A stretch of DNA of 64,000 bases, taken from contig OZ244048.1 in assembly GCA_965215265.1 (NCBI GenBank), positions 1,568,001 through 1,632,000 on the forward strand, written 5' to 3'. Origin of the DNA: Candidatus Poribacteria bacterium (GTDB lineage: Bacteria > Poribacteria > WGA-4E > WGA-3G). Shown piece after piece: positions 29,211 through 41,031 of the stretch. The notes under the pieces are model-generated. The model saw only the letters and a program-made list of their open reading frames with translations, did no database searches and was not told where the DNA came from. How positions within the stretch are numbered: position 1 is the stretch's first letter; every line of letters starts with the position of its first letter. Both the position numbers and the translations under genes were made by a program.

Positions 29211-30191
29211 ATGGATAGCACGGAAAAAGCAGCGATGCATGTGGGTGTGCAAGGCATCGGAACATCGCCCAAAGAATTGGCATTCCTCGTTCGCCACGGT
29301 GTGACGCACATGGATGCATCCGTCGAAAACAGTGAAGCTGAAACCTTGATACGACACAAGGAGAGAGCGGCAGATGCAGGTGTTAGTCTTGAAATGATTC
29401 ATATCGGGCTGCCCCGTAGCATACCGTTGGCACAAGTGCCGCAGCGTGACAGAGATATCGATCAGGTTTGCACGATGATTGAAAATGCCGGGAGAGCCGG
29501 GTTACGTGGACTAAATTATAATTTTTGTATTCTCAATCATCAACGCACTGGGCGTACACCAGGGCGCGGCGGTTCAACTTATAGCAGCTTTGACATCTCA
29601 AAGTATGATAACGAGACTTTGTCAGAGGCAGGGAAGGTGAGCCGTGATGAGGCGTTTGACCGAATTGCATATTTTATTGAACGGGTAATTCCGGTGGCTG
29701 AAGCGAATAAAGTGCAGCTGGCGTGCCACCTCAATGACCCACCGGCCCCTGTCTTAAGAGGGGTTGAGCGGTGGAATTATCCAGTGTTTGAGGGGTTAAA
29801 ACGTTTTACTGAAATTGTAGAGAGTCCGTACCACGGTTTTAATTTTTGTTGTGGTACGGCTTCGGAGGGTTTAGATGACCCGGGTACCGAGCTCTACGAA
29901 ATTATCGAGTATTTCGGCAAGCGGAAGAAGATTTTCAACATCCACTTCCGCAATATTCGCGGTGGACTTCACAACTTCCAAGAAGTTTGGCCCGACGAGG
30001 GTGATGTGGAGATGTACAAAGTGGCGCGAACGCTGCGTGATGTCGGCTATCCGTATATGCTGATGCCGGACCACGCACCTAGTCACCCTGATGACACAGC
30101 ACCGCCCGGGGTTTCTGGACGTGTCCGGCAGGCATGGGCGTTCCAGTTCGGATACATTATCGCGCTCATTCAGGCTGTCAATTCGGAATAG
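29211..30191 (+). CDS. Mannonate dehydratase (UxuA) family protein
   Basis: YNF, HLNDPP, IHFRN, GDVEM, PDH. Confidence 0.85.
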   Translation: MDSTEKAAMHVGVQGIGTSPKELAFLVRHGVTHMDASVENSEAETLIRHKERAADAGVSLEMIHIGLPRSIPLAQVPQRDRDIDQVCTMIENAGRAGLRGLNYNFCILNHQRTGRTPGRGGSTYSSFDISKYDNETLSEAGKVSRDEAFDRIAYFIERVIPVAEANKVQLACHLNDPPAPVLRGVERWNYPVFEGLKRFTEIVESPYHGFNFCCGTASEGLDDPGTELYEIIEYFGKRKKIFNIHFRNIRGGLHNFQEVWPDEGDVEMYKVARTLRDVGYPYMLMPDHAPSHPDDTAPPGVSGRVRQAWAFQFGYIIALIQAVNSE

Positions 30192-30271
30192 TAGATTAAT
30201 TGGTTTCAGTTAGAGTGATACACTTAGTTAAAACTTATCTTAATGCTAAATTCAACCTTTAGGAGGGAAAA

Positions 30272-31051
30272 ATGAAATCCATTATAGTTTGCTTAGTGCT
30301 CCTAGCCATCAGTCTAACCTTTACAGTCCAAAGTTATGCGGAGATCGACTTTGGAACCGCAAGAGGGATTTGGCTATTAGACGAGGCTCAAGGCGATGTT
30401 ATCAACGATATTTCTCAGAACGACAATCACGGTGAACTTCAGGGCGGAAAATGGGTCAAAGGACCCAATGGGCCTGCGCTAAGTTTAGACGGGGTAAACG
30501 ATCGGGTTATCATTCCGGATTCCGATAGTTTGTATCTGGAAAATGCGTGGACGATTACGGCCTGGACTTTTGTGAATAAAGCCGAGAACGGTTATGGACA
30601 TATTCTCGGCAAAAGGCCTGCGGCTGGTACAGTGGCAAATTACGCGTTCAGGACAAGTAGCAACGGGGCCGGCTGGGAAGCTTACTTTGCTAGAGACGGC
30701 TGGAAGGGTGCTTGGGGGCAAGGGAACGTGAAGAAAGATACTTGGTTGTATATGACTGCAACCTATGACGGCAAGGATAACATTAAAATCTACGAAAATG
30801 CAGAGGAAATCGGTTCTGTTGGCGGGATGGGGAAACCGGCACCTCAGAATAACACGGATGTCAATATTGGCGGTTGGACTGACAACACTTCAGAAACGCT
30901 TAACGGTATGCTCTATGAGGTGGCACTTTTCGATGTTGCCCTGGAAGTAGAGGATATAAGTGAACTGATGGAGAGTGGGCTCTCGACACTCCTGCCTGTT
31001 GAGCCTTCTGGCAAACTTGCTACTACATGGGCAAGAATCAAATCTGAGTAA
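30272..31051 (+). CDS. Secreted LamG-like jellyroll protein
   Basis: Signal peptide, GIWLLDE, TYDG, VEPSGKLATTWARIK. Confidence 0.88.
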   Translation: MKSIIVCLVLLAISLTFTVQSYAEIDFGTARGIWLLDEAQGDVINDISQNDNHGELQGGKWVKGPNGPALSLDGVNDRVIIPDSDSLYLENAWTITAWTFVNKAENGYGHILGKRPAAGTVANYAFRTSSNGAGWEAYFARDGWKGAWGQGNVKKDTWLYMTATYDGKDNIKIYENAEEIGSVGGMGKPAPQNNTDVNIGGWTDNTSETLNGMLYEVALFDVALEVEDISELMESGLSTLLPVEPSGKLATTWARIKSE

Positions 31052-31530
31052 TACGTCCTGAGCTTACTCTGTAAAGGGGAGCTCTGTCTCCGTCTATTTT
31101 CTGAAAAGACACGTCCTGAACTTGTTTTCTATGGGCGGAGCTCTGTCTCCGTCCGTCTTCCGCAACGAAAACGTCATAGAAAAGGAAGACGGCATGAGCG
31201 AAGATATTGGACATGCACGAGCACTGAGCCGTCAAGTGTGTTATGACATCTCTCATGGTGAGCTGGTGCGGAAGAAGCACATACAAACCTGGGTTTGATT
31301 TATAGTTGGCAAGGGCGATATGATGAGGCGATAGTGTTGCATAAGGAGGCACTCGATATGTCGATTGATGCCGAAAACTTACAAGCGGGACATACCAACC
31401 TCTCGCTACTGACCGATTCTGCAAAAACCATAAATGCAGCAGACCTCCACGCCTCACCCATTGGGATGCCAGTCGGTGTACCAGCCGTATGGTGTGAAAT
31501 TGTGGATTAGTAAAGCAAAGGAGATGCCTT

Positions 31531-32811
31531 ATGGCACAAACGCCAAACGTACTACTCATCTTCGCCGATGACCATGGGTATGGCGATGTATCGGTACACA
31601 ACGGGCCGTCCATTCAAACCCCAAACCTCGACCGGATTGCATCCGAAGGAGTGCGGTTTACGCAGTTTTATGCGAATTCCTCCGTCTGCTCTCCGAGCCG
31701 TGCTTCCTTGATGACCGGTCGCTATCCTGACAGAGCGGGGGTGCCCGGTGTTATTCGCACGCATGCGAATAACAGCTGGGGATATTTCCGACAAGATGCA
31801 ATCACACTCCCGTCAATGCTGAAGCAAAAAGATTATCGCACCGCACTTATTGGGAAATGGCACCTTGGGCTTGAACCCGAAAATCATCCGTGTCGGCGCG
31901 GCTTTGACCATTTTCACGGGTTCCTTGGGGATATGATGGATGATTACTACACGCACCTTAGGCACGACATCAACTACATGCGACACGGATTTGAGCCTAT
32001 AGATGCGAGAGGACACGCTACAGATCTCTTTACAGATTGGAGTATAGAGTTCCTGAAAGCGCAAGCCCATTCATCACAACCTTTCTTTCTCTATCTCGCC
32101 TACAATGCCCCGCACACCCCGATCCAACCGCCTGCTGATTGGGTTGAACGTATCCGCGAACGTGAACCGGATATTTCACCGCAGCGTGCGAAATACATCG
32201 CGTTGGTTGAGCACATGGATGCGGGCATTGGACGGGTGCTTGATACACTCGTTGAAACCGAGCAGCTCTCCAACACACTCGTCATCTATACGTCAGACAA
32301 CGGAGGCGATATGCGGGTTGGCGCACATAATGGGCCGTTGCGCGGGCAAAAGGGCGATATGTACGAAGGAGGCATCCGGGTACCAGCGTGTGCTATGTGG
32401 CCAGGATATATTCCAGAAGGATATATCACAGAGCAGGTTGCAATGCTGATGGATCTCTATCCGACGGTGTGTGAAGTGGCCGGCATTCCGAGCTCGCACG
32501 ATATTGAAGGGCGTTCTATCTGGCAGACACTTCAGGGCGAACCACAAGATTTCTCCAAGCGTGTTCTATACTGGCTACGAAGAGAAGGTGGCCAACGTTT
32601 CCTTGGGCAGTGTCAACACGCAATTCGACGCGGCGAGATCAAATTGTTACACAACAGCCCGTTCCAACCGCTTGAACTCTACAACCTCGGTAACGATCCA
32701 CTGGAAACGACAGACGAAGCGCAGCCACAAGCGGAGCGATTCAGAGAAATGAGCCAACTGTTCCAGATGGAAATGCAGCAGGCGGGCAGCGTGCCGTGGC
32801 AACGCGGGTAA
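31531..32811 (+). CDS. Sulfatase
   Basis: ADDHG, CSPSRASLMTGR, GKWHLG, SDNG. Confidence 0.93.
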   Translation: MAQTPNVLLIFADDHGYGDVSVHNGPSIQTPNLDRIASEGVRFTQFYANSSVCSPSRASLMTGRYPDRAGVPGVIRTHANNSWGYFRQDAITLPSMLKQKDYRTALIGKWHLGLEPENHPCRRGFDHFHGFLGDMMDDYYTHLRHDINYMRHGFEPIDARGHATDLFTDWSIEFLKAQAHSSQPFFLYLAYNAPHTPIQPPADWVERIREREPDISPQRAKYIALVEHMDAGIGRVLDTLVETEQLSNTLVIYTSDNGGDMRVGAHNGPLRGQKGDMYEGGIRVPACAMWPGYIPEGYITEQVAMLMDLYPTVCEVAGIPSSHDIEGRSIWQTLQGEPQDFSKRVLYWLRREGGQRFLGQCQHAIRRGEIKLLHNSPFQPLELYNLGNDPLETTDEAQPQAERFREMSQLFQMEMQQAGSVPWQRG

Positions 32812-33267
32812 CGACTGGCTTAGCTTGCTACTTCTTCCCCTGAATCGCAGATTTTCACTGACTATACAGATTACACTGATTGCTGCCTTATCTAAACACG
32901 CGGGCACTCTGGGCACAGAGGACACCAATTTTAGTGTGAAAGAGATAATGGCTCGGGTACTAAAAATCTAAAAAAAGAGTGACTTTTTTCAAACGCTGTG
33001 GTATGCTTATTTGCGAGCCAAGTGGCAAACTCTAAAAAAGCAGCTTGCGGCATGCAGACGAACAACAAGGAATGGGGGTATTAAGATGAAAAAACGCCTA
33101 ACGTTATTCTGTTTTCTAAGTATTACCATGTCAAGTGTTTTACTACCGGTTGCCCCCGTCACCGAAGACCGCTTTTTGCGTTATAGTTTTCCCTCTGCTT
33201 GCGGGGGTTAGCGGGGTTCGTCTTTTACAGAGGCTATCCGCTGCCACCGAACAACAGACAAAAAACA

Positions 33268-33297
33268 TTGACACTCTCCACTCATTTGTGCTATAAT
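33268..33297 (+). promoter_or_regulatory. Consensus sigma70 promoter
   Basis: TTGACA-18 bp-TATAAT with TG extension. Confidence 0.75.
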
Positions 33298-33358
33298 GAT
33301 ATAAAACGTTGTCGAAAAAAAGACGACGCAACCAAACACGAGGTATACTCACAACATC

Positions 33359-34297
33359 ATGGCAGAACCCGACATCACCTCTAAATATATGGCACGCGAA
33401 CATCTCAACGCACTCCTAAAGTTGTTCGGCATTCCGAACGCGGTTGTATTGGAGCATGTGGACAGCGTGCAAGCGAGAGTCAAGGAATATCAAGGCGACA
33501 GCAGCGCGAAAGTGAAAATAGATGGTAAAGAGGTGATACTTCATATAGAAATCCAAACCACAGATAGCCGTCAACCGATGTGGGCGCGCGTGGCGAACTA
33601 CTGCGGACACCTGATGCTGGTGCACCAGCTGCCCGTTTACTGTGTGGTGCTCTACCTGCGTCCAAACGCTGGGCGGCGCGACAGTGGCACCTTTGGGTAT
33701 GACGCGACGGATTTCAAATATCTGCTGCAATATAAAGTGGTTCGTCTGGCAGAAGTGGACGGTGCATCGATATTAGCATCGGGTGAGCCGGGTTTGCTGC
33801 CGTATACGCCGTTGATGAAAGCACCTGTGGATATGGACGGTGATGCGTGGTTACGGCGGTGTGTAGAGCAGGCGGAGGTAACATTAGAAAACAATCCGGC
33901 GCGTGCGAATCTAATGACAGCATTCGCAGTATTCGCAGGGCTGCTGCATAGCAAGAGCACGATAGCATCCCTGATTACGGAGGTCATCATGCAAGAGTCA
34001 ACAATCTTACAACCTTACTTCGAAAAAGAACGTGAGGCAGGACGAAAACAAGGTTTAGAACAAGGCATAGAACAAGGTATAGAACAAGGTATCGGACGAG
34101 GTATAGAACAAGGTGAAAAGAAAGGCCTCACCGAGGCGATTTTAGTCTGCCTAGGAAGTCGATTCCAACCGCGTGCCGTCCGTGCCATAAAACCCGCATT
34201 GGATAACATCCAAGATACCCAGCACCTCAAGCAGTTATGCCAAGTCGCTGCAGTCGCCGAAACGCTTGAAGCCTTCATGCAGCAACTTGCTGAATAA
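33359..34297 (+). CDS. Rpn-like PD-(D/E)XK putative transposase/nuclease
   Basis: D...ILHIEIQ, VVLYL, IMQES, C-terminal GIEQ repeats. Confidence 0.75.
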   Translation: MAEPDITSKYMAREHLNALLKLFGIPNAVVLEHVDSVQARVKEYQGDSSAKVKIDGKEVILHIEIQTTDSRQPMWARVANYCGHLMLVHQLPVYCVVLYLRPNAGRRDSGTFGYDATDFKYLLQYKVVRLAEVDGASILASGEPGLLPYTPLMKAPVDMDGDAWLRRCVEQAEVTLENNPARANLMTAFAVFAGLLHSKSTIASLITEVIMQESTILQPYFEKEREAGRKQGLEQGIEQGIEQGIGRGIEQGEKKGLTEAILVCLGSRFQPRAVRAIKPALDNIQDTQHLKQLCQVAAVAETLEAFMQQLAE

Positions 34298-34408
34298 AGC
34301 CGCTTTTCTGAGACGCTCACGCACCGGCTTCCGCAGGCAGGAGTGTCTCAGAGAACTATCTATTAGCAAACAGCGATTTCAGGTACTGTTGGGAACACTA
34401 TTATTACG

Positions 34409-34498
34409 TTTTAGAGTCAATACATCGAACGGCTCCGACGAGATTTACACACGAGCTATCATTACCTAGACGTTGATGGTACGGAGATATACGAAAAA
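34409..34498 (+). mobile_element. Family-1 truncated copy on the plus strand
   Basis: TTTAGAGTCAATACATCGAACGGCTCCGACGAG...GGTACGGAGATATACGAAAAAA. Confidence 0.88.
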
Positions 34499-34579
34499 AT
34501 CCGCCCCCAAAAAAACTGTTTGACATTGTCCGTAATTTCGTGTAACATAATCTGGTAAGCAATATAAATAATAGCCTGC

Positions 34580-37500
34580 ATGCTTAGAGACAAGGACAAT
34601 ATGTCAATACATCCATCGAATCCCGAAGCCGAGGCGTTCAAGATACTTTGCGATAAACTCCGTGAGATGTTTCATTTCGCGCATAACGAGCTCGACTTCG
34701 GCATCTTCCGTATCCTAAAAATCAAGCGTGATGAAGTTAACCTATTTATAGACACTAAATTGACGCGTATCGTCGAAGACACGCTGGCGGAGGCTGCACA
34801 GGCACTTTACAATAGCCAACTCGCTGAAGTTACCGAGTATGTTAAGGAAACTGGAGGCGACGCAGAAAAAAACTACCTCTCCGATATTCCCGCCAATCGA
34901 CAACTCCTTATCAACTTTTTCAGGTATAAAGATCGGGAAGACCTTATCGCGCCATTAGAGAATGAGCCCGCGGCTCTCAAAACGAAACTCGCCTTCGGAG
35001 TCTATAACCACGTCCACAACTTTTTTGAACGTTACTACCGAGATGGCGACTTCGGCTATAATGAGCGGAGCACTTCTGTCTATCAAGTGGATTATCCAGA
35101 CGCGGCAGACTACGGGGGCACGGATACCTTATTTCATTGGAAAAGCCGGGATAACTACTACGTCAAAACCGCCTCCGGTTTCAATAGCGTCGCATTTGAA
35201 GTCGACGGAAAACGGATTGAATATCGGTTAGAGGGCCAAGCATATTCCAGCATCGCACAGAACAGTAACCGAGACGATTTCAAACATTACCGCTTCAATA
35301 GAATTGAACCCCCAGAACCAGACGAGCCCGAACCCACATGGCGGGTTATCCTTCACTTAGCTGAAACTTCAACCCAGAAAGTGGACATCTACCGCGAAAT
35401 GAACGCACAGATTTTTGAAGAAACAGCTGAAGATGTGGATGTCTACCTCCACGAACGCCCCAAGCACGGTGAGGCACACGGCAAACCGATTTTTAAAGAA
35501 CTCGCGGATACCTACGACAAAATACAGGGCGGCAAATTGAAAGGGGTTAACGCATTACGGCTCAACCTCGCCAACTACGCTGAAAAATTGGCAAACCGTC
35601 ACGACTTCAAGCAACTCGGCAGAAATAAGACAGAGAGACAAGCAGCTTTACAAACACGCCCAAGAGTCATAAGACTCCACACCTTTGATAAAAATCTGAA
35701 CACCTTTTTCGTCGGCATGGACTCCGACTATTTTATCCATAAGGACTTGGATAAATTCCTGAAAACTGAGCAACGTCGGTATATTCAGAATAGCATCCTC
35801 GGTGATTTAGACACGCTCCTCAACCTCAGCCCTAACAACCCAACGTTTGCTGTCGCCAGAACGTTCAAACAGGTGACAGACGAAGTCATCACGCTGCTCG
35901 TCGCCGTTGAAACCTTCCAAAAGAACCTATTCCTTATGAAGAAAAAGGTAATTAGCACGGATTATCTCATTTCTGTTGGAAAGATCGCCGAGCTGACGAA
36001 GAACGATGATGTCCAACGCCAATATTTTTTCTCGCAGATTCTGGAAAACCCTACACAACTGGCAGACTGGAAAGAAACGTTCGACGTTGACATTACCGAA
36101 CTGTTACCGTTGCTTGAAGGATGGTATCCAACGCTACCGCTCGACACCCAGTATTTCGATGCAGACTTCGTTGACAAACTCCTCGCCCTTTTCGCCGATT
36201 TAGATGCACAGACAGACGGCCTGCTGCTTAACAGCGAGAATTTTCAGGCGTTGGATCTCTTAATGGACAAGTACCGTGGTGCCATAAGATGTATTCACAT
36301 CGACCCGCCCTACAACACGAACACGAGTGGGTTTCTATATAAAAACGATTACCAGCATTCTAGTTGGCTAACACTGATGGAAAATCGGTTGTTCTTGGCT
36401 GAACAGTTGATGGCACGTGATAGCTGTATCCTCTGCCATATTGATGAGAACGAATATGAAAATTTGTTTCATATATTCAACATCCTGTTGAGGCAAAACC
36501 AAGGAACTCTCATCTGGGATAAAAGAAACCCAGTCTTCGGAACAAATACGATAGCGACGCAGCACGAATATATCGTCTGCTATTCTAAGGGAGCTGTAAA
36601 ACTTCATAATCGTTCTCTCAATCGCCCAGCAATTCTTAGGAAAGCCGCTTCATTAATAAGAAAGCACAGTGGTGTCACACAAAAATGCCGCAGAGAATTT
36701 GCGGAGTGGATTAAAAACAGACCTAATTTGAGTGCCGGGGAACGGAACTATTCGGAAATTGATGAGGATGAACAGGTTTACGCGAGTGTCGGTATGGGGG
36801 CACCAGAACTTCGTACCAACCCTAAATTCTTTCAACCCTTAATTCATCCAATCACTAATAAACCATGTGCGATTCCGCAGAATGGATGGAGTAGAACCCC
36901 TGAAACTATGCAGAAGCTATTGGAAAAAAACCTGATTATTTTTGGGAAAGATGAAACAACACAACCGCTACGAAAAATTTATTTGAAGGACCATGTTGCT
37001 AGTGAATTAACATCTGTAATTTCTTTAGGCGAAAAAGGTAAACCTCAAGTAGACTCTTTAGGGTTAAGTTTTCCTTATTGCCATCCTGTTGGGCTGTATG
37101 AGAGGCTTATCTGGGCGGTTACACCGGAGGGAAAGGGCGTAACGCTCGACTTCTTCGCAGGGAGTGGCACTAACGGCCATGCGGTACTTAATCTCAATAA
37201 AGCTGACAACGGCAGCCGCAAATTTATTCTCGTTGAAGAAATGGAAACCTCCTTTGAAAATATCTTGAAAGAACGCATTCGCCGCGTTATGTTCTCTAAA
37301 AACTGGAGAAATGGCAAACCGAAAAGTAAGGAGATCGACGGTACTATCGGCATCGTTAAATATCAACAACTGGAACAGTATGAAGACGTTCTTAACAATA
37401 TCGTTTTTACCCCCCCCCTTGTTTGTTAAGTAATTCTAGAACTGATGAGCCTCCACCTATTTCCATTAAATATCTCTATCGTCCGGAAGAACAACAGATT

Positions 37501-37896
37501 CGGTTGATACTGGACCTGCGGCTGCCGTTTTCAAACCGCATCAGATACGGTAAAGAGAGCAAAGAAGGCACTGTCGATGTGTTAGAAACCTATTGCTATC
37601 TCAAGGGGCTCCCTATTCAGAGACGGCTCCGTTTCGATTTGAACGGGCAAATATACCGGGTCGTCCGAAGCGGCACGCGAGCCGTGGTATTCCGTAACGT
37701 GATTGATGGGCTGGACGATACACCACAGTTTTTAGAGATTCTCGCGGATGAACGGCTACAAGGCATCACTCGGTTAGACGTTAACTACGACGCAGATCGG
37801 AACAAGTTGCTAGAAGAATCCGGGCTGCGGGATATCCACTGTATCACAACATCGGATTTTGACACCAGCGCGGTCTGGGATAATGCCGATGAATAG
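34580..37896 (+). CDS. mod: Type III RM modification methylase, split by a frameshift at a C9 tract (37410-37418)
   Basis: DPPY and DFFAGSGT; ORFs 34580-37429 and 37423-37896 join with +1 C. Confidence 0.8.
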
Positions 37897-37916
37897 ACGA
37901 ATATTTCGGGGAACCC

Positions 37917-40900
37917 ATGGCACTCTACCAAGACTATGAAACGAAAATCCTAACTGAAAACGGCATTGACATCCGCGATGAGGTTATAAAACGAGATATT
38001 GAGCGGTACGACCCAGAACGTGTGTTACAACTGCCCCCAGAACCGTTAGAACGGATCCTGAAATTCTTAGAGGATTACAATTACCTGACCGGAAGTCATT
38101 TTGAACTCCGTTACTATCAGGTGCTGGCATTGCTGTTCACCGAGCAATTCTTTATCGATCGGGAGGATTCGGAGGTTGATGCGGAGGCCCGGCGGATGCT
38201 CGCATACTGGATGGCAACCGGCAGTGGCAAAACCCTCATCATGCACCTTAACATCCTCCAGTATCTACACCATTTCTTTGGAACAGAGAGCACTTGCCTC
38301 CAAATCTACCTGACAACTCCCTTAGCAAATCTGATTAAACAGCATGAACGCGAACTGGTACCGTACATCCGTCAGTTAAACGAAGTTTATAACAGACGCA
38401 TTGAACTGGTTATTGAGACGACGCAAGGACTCTTGCAGAAAGCACCTGACTATTTTGAGTTACCAAATGATGGAAAAACGTGTCGGCTCATTTTAGCAGA
38501 CGAAGCACATATCGGGTTGACCCGCCAAGAATCTGGAAAATTCAGAGACCTCCGCAACCGCCTCAATGTAGGGGACTCCTTTCTATTTGAATACTCCGCC
38601 ACTTTCCACAACGTCGCCAAAGAATTGCGAGACGAATACGATAAGGCGATCATCTATCGATACGACTACGCCCGATTCTACAACGACGGGTACGGGAAAG
38701 ACCATTTTTTCAAACCGATCGCCGCTGATACCGTAGCCACCGAATCCGCAAAGCAGCTCAGGGACAACCTGAATGTATCTTTCTGGGTTATGGAGGAAAA
38801 GTTACAGACCTTCAAAAGGGTACGTGATGCGGAAGAGTACGACCTTGATTTGACGGTACATCGGCCCTTAATGGCGTTTATGGGACATACGGTAGAAAAT
38901 CCGAAGGATGAAGGCGAAGCGGATGAAGTTTCTGACATTCAGAAGGTGTTAGATTACCTCGCTGCGTTGAGCCCAGAGGAGCGTGAAAAATTTAATTCTG
39001 TTTTCCATGGGGATATTATCGGGCCCCTGGTCGTCGCGTGCAATCCGGATAACAACAGCGAGCTGCTGCTCTCTTATGGCGAAGGCGAAAAATGGGGCAT
39101 GATTAACGTCGGCGAAGGTGTCCGTTTTTACAACAGCATCGAAAATCCCCGTATTGAAACCCGCATGGAGACAATAGCGAACCCGAACCTACACTTTGAA
39201 AACCTCGATACAGAGACCAGTCCCATAAATGTTCTTATTGGCAGCCGGAAGTTTGCAGAAGGCTGGAACTCCTATCGGCTCTCTGTCATAGCTCTGATTA
39301 ACTTGGGCAGTGCCAAAGGGAATCTGATTATCCAGATTTTTGGGCGTGGTGTCCGACTCCGTGGGAAGGGCGGCGATGGCAAACGCCGGTATTTGCAACA
39401 GATGCTAAACTACCCGCCCTCTTCTTATAAAGATAAGGAGTCCGACATCCGACGTTTGGAAACCTTGACCGTTTTCAGCTTGCGCCGCAGCTACCTAGAA
39501 CGTTTTCTTAAGGAAGTACACGATGGAGGTATCCCGCTCTATCACACCTTCAAGATTCAGGTGAATCCAACACTTTTCAAAGTCGATACTGATACAGACC
39601 TCCGCTTTGAGGAATATAGGGAGCAATTGCCCATCTTTAAACAGGCTGGCAGCGACACGAGTACAATCAAACGTGTGACGCTCAGCGACGGGGACATCCG
39701 TTATACCTATTTCGATGGTACTACCCAAAAGTGTGATGTTATCAGTAATTGGCGAGAACAGACGCTGGACTACCGGACGGATCGGACGCGCGATGTTCCT
39801 AATGTTTATGAAGACCTGCAGCGCTATAATAAAGTCTACTTTCACTATCTGAACAGAGCCCGGCTTGCTACTGTCATCCGGCGTGAGGCTGAGAGAAACG
39901 GTATACAACTCTATGGCCACGAAAATAGCGAACCGACTATAACAGATATTCTAAAGCTCGTCTCAGATATCCGCTATCGACAGTACGATACGGATGCCAT
40001 CGCTTGGACAGATCGGCTCAATCGCCGTGTAGTCATCGATGTCATCCAGAAACTGCGGAACCGCATCAACACGCATATCAACCGGGCGAACTACGATTAT
40101 CGCCATGTGGAACGTGAGGATTTTATCTATGAATATACTGTGACACGAGAATTCGAGACGCGCGAGGCCTATGAACAGTGCTTGCAGCAGATCGACGGAG
40201 CAACACAAACCGGTAAGAACCCGGAAACCCGCATCCGGAGCCTGTTAGAATTATTGTCGGACCCGAAACATCGACAACATAGACATATTTACAAACCTCT
40301 TCTATTAGACCCACGGGAACAGAACACCCCTGACTTGAAAAACGTCAAAATTTCACCGGACCGCTTAAATGCAGGCGAACGCAAATTTGTTGAAAATCTG
40401 ACAGATTACATCAAGCAAGCCTACCACGACAACGACCGGTATCAGTTTTACCTATTGCGGAACGTACAGAAAATCGGGATATATCTGGAGAGCGACGACG
40501 GCAGCTATTTTCCAGACTTTGTACTGTGGGTAGTAGATACAAAAATAGAGAGAACTCACATTCTTTTCATTGATCCGAAGGGGCAGCGCGGCATCATTGA
40601 TGATGCGACGCTCAATTACAGAGAGCACCCCAAAATCCGACTTGCCCGTAAATCGAAAGATTGCACGCTCAATATGCTCGAAGAACGTTTAAAAGCAGCA
40701 TTCGACGGGACGTTCTGTCTAAGCGCCTTCATCCTCCTCCGCGACAGTTCAAAAATGGGCTACAATAAGCCTTCGCCGTGGATCTACGAGAATATGTTGG
40801 CATATAACATCCTCCGGTTGAATTGGCATGAGAAAACGGAGAGTGGGGCGACTAGTCAACTGTTCAACGGTAAGTCGTATCTGGATTTAATGTTTGAAAA

Positions 40901-40919
40901 AGCGGGAATTGAACCGTGA
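37917..40919 (+). CDS. res: Type III RM restriction subunit
   Basis: MATGSGKT, DEAH, SAT, QIFGRGVR, C-terminal PD...DPK. Confidence 0.88.
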   Translation: MALYQDYETKILTENGIDIRDEVIKRDIERYDPERVLQLPPEPLERILKFLEDYNYLTGSHFELRYYQVLALLFTEQFFIDREDSEVDAEARRMLAYWMATGSGKTLIMHLNILQYLHHFFGTESTCLQIYLTTPLANLIKQHERELVPYIRQLNEVYNRRIELVIETTQGLLQKAPDYFELPNDGKTCRLILADEAHIGLTRQESGKFRDLRNRLNVGDSFLFEYSATFHNVAKELRDEYDKAIIYRYDYARFYNDGYGKDHFFKPIAADTVATESAKQLRDNLNVSFWVMEEKLQTFKRVRDAEEYDLDLTVHRPLMAFMGHTVENPKDEGEADEVSDIQKVLDYLAALSPEEREKFNSVFHGDIIGPLVVACNPDNNSELLLSYGEGEKWGMINVGEGVRFYNSIENPRIETRMETIANPNLHFENLDTETSPINVLIGSRKFAEGWNSYRLSVIALINLGSAKGNLIIQIFGRGVRLRGKGGDGKRRYLQQMLNYPPSSYKDKESDIRRLETLTVFSLRRSYLERFLKEVHDGGIPLYHTFKIQVNPTLFKVDTDTDLRFEEYREQLPIFKQAGSDTSTIKRVTLSDGDIRYTYFDGTTQKCDVISNWREQTLDYRTDRTRDVPNVYEDLQRYNKVYFHYLNRARLATVIRREAERNGIQLYGHENSEPTITDILKLVSDIRYRQYDTDAIAWTDRLNRRVVIDVIQKLRNRINTHINRANYDYRHVEREDFIYEYTVTREFETREAYEQCLQQIDGATQTGKNPETRIRSLLELLSDPKHRQHRHIYKPLLLDPREQNTPDLKNVKISPDRLNAGERKFVENLTDYIKQAYHDNDRYQFYLLRNVQKIGIYLESDDGSYFPDFVLWVVDTKIERTHILFIDPKGQRGIIDDATLNYREHPKIRLARKSKDCTLNMLEERLKAAFDGTFCLSAFILLRDSSKMGYNKPSPWIYENMLAYNILRLNWHEKTESGATSQLFNGKSYLDLMFEKAGIEP

Positions 40920-40937
40920 GGCGAGATGGTTAATCTC

Positions 40938-41022
40938 ACCCCAGTGGGTGGCAGGTGGTGCCCACCCACCCTTTTCCAGTCTCTCCTACAAGGAGAGACA
41001 AAGAATACCTATCCTGCCACTC
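40938..41022. repeat. Family-2 palindromic repeat between convergent genes
   Basis: CCCAGTGGGTGGCAGG...GTCTCTCC.GGAGAGACAAAGAATACCTATCCTGCCAC. Confidence 0.8.
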
Positions 41023-41031
41023 CGATTAAGC

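Noticed and set aside
17790-31051. Diversity-generating retroelement acting on LamG or FGE genes
   Set aside because: No reverse transcriptase and no template/variable repeat pair with adenine-specific mismatches was seen.
31053-31510. Duplicated GGAGCTCTGTCTCCGTC and a short TPR-like ORF
   Set aside because: Too short and degenerate to call; probably a remnant.
34048-34115. 12-bp tandem repeats in the Rpn-like gene
   Set aside because: They encode the ordinary GIEQ repeats typical of this family.
33359-34498. Rpn-like protein as the mobiliser of family 1
   Set aside because: Only proximity supports it; a hairpin separates them, its C-terminus does not match the captured tails, and copies occur about every 2 kb anyway.
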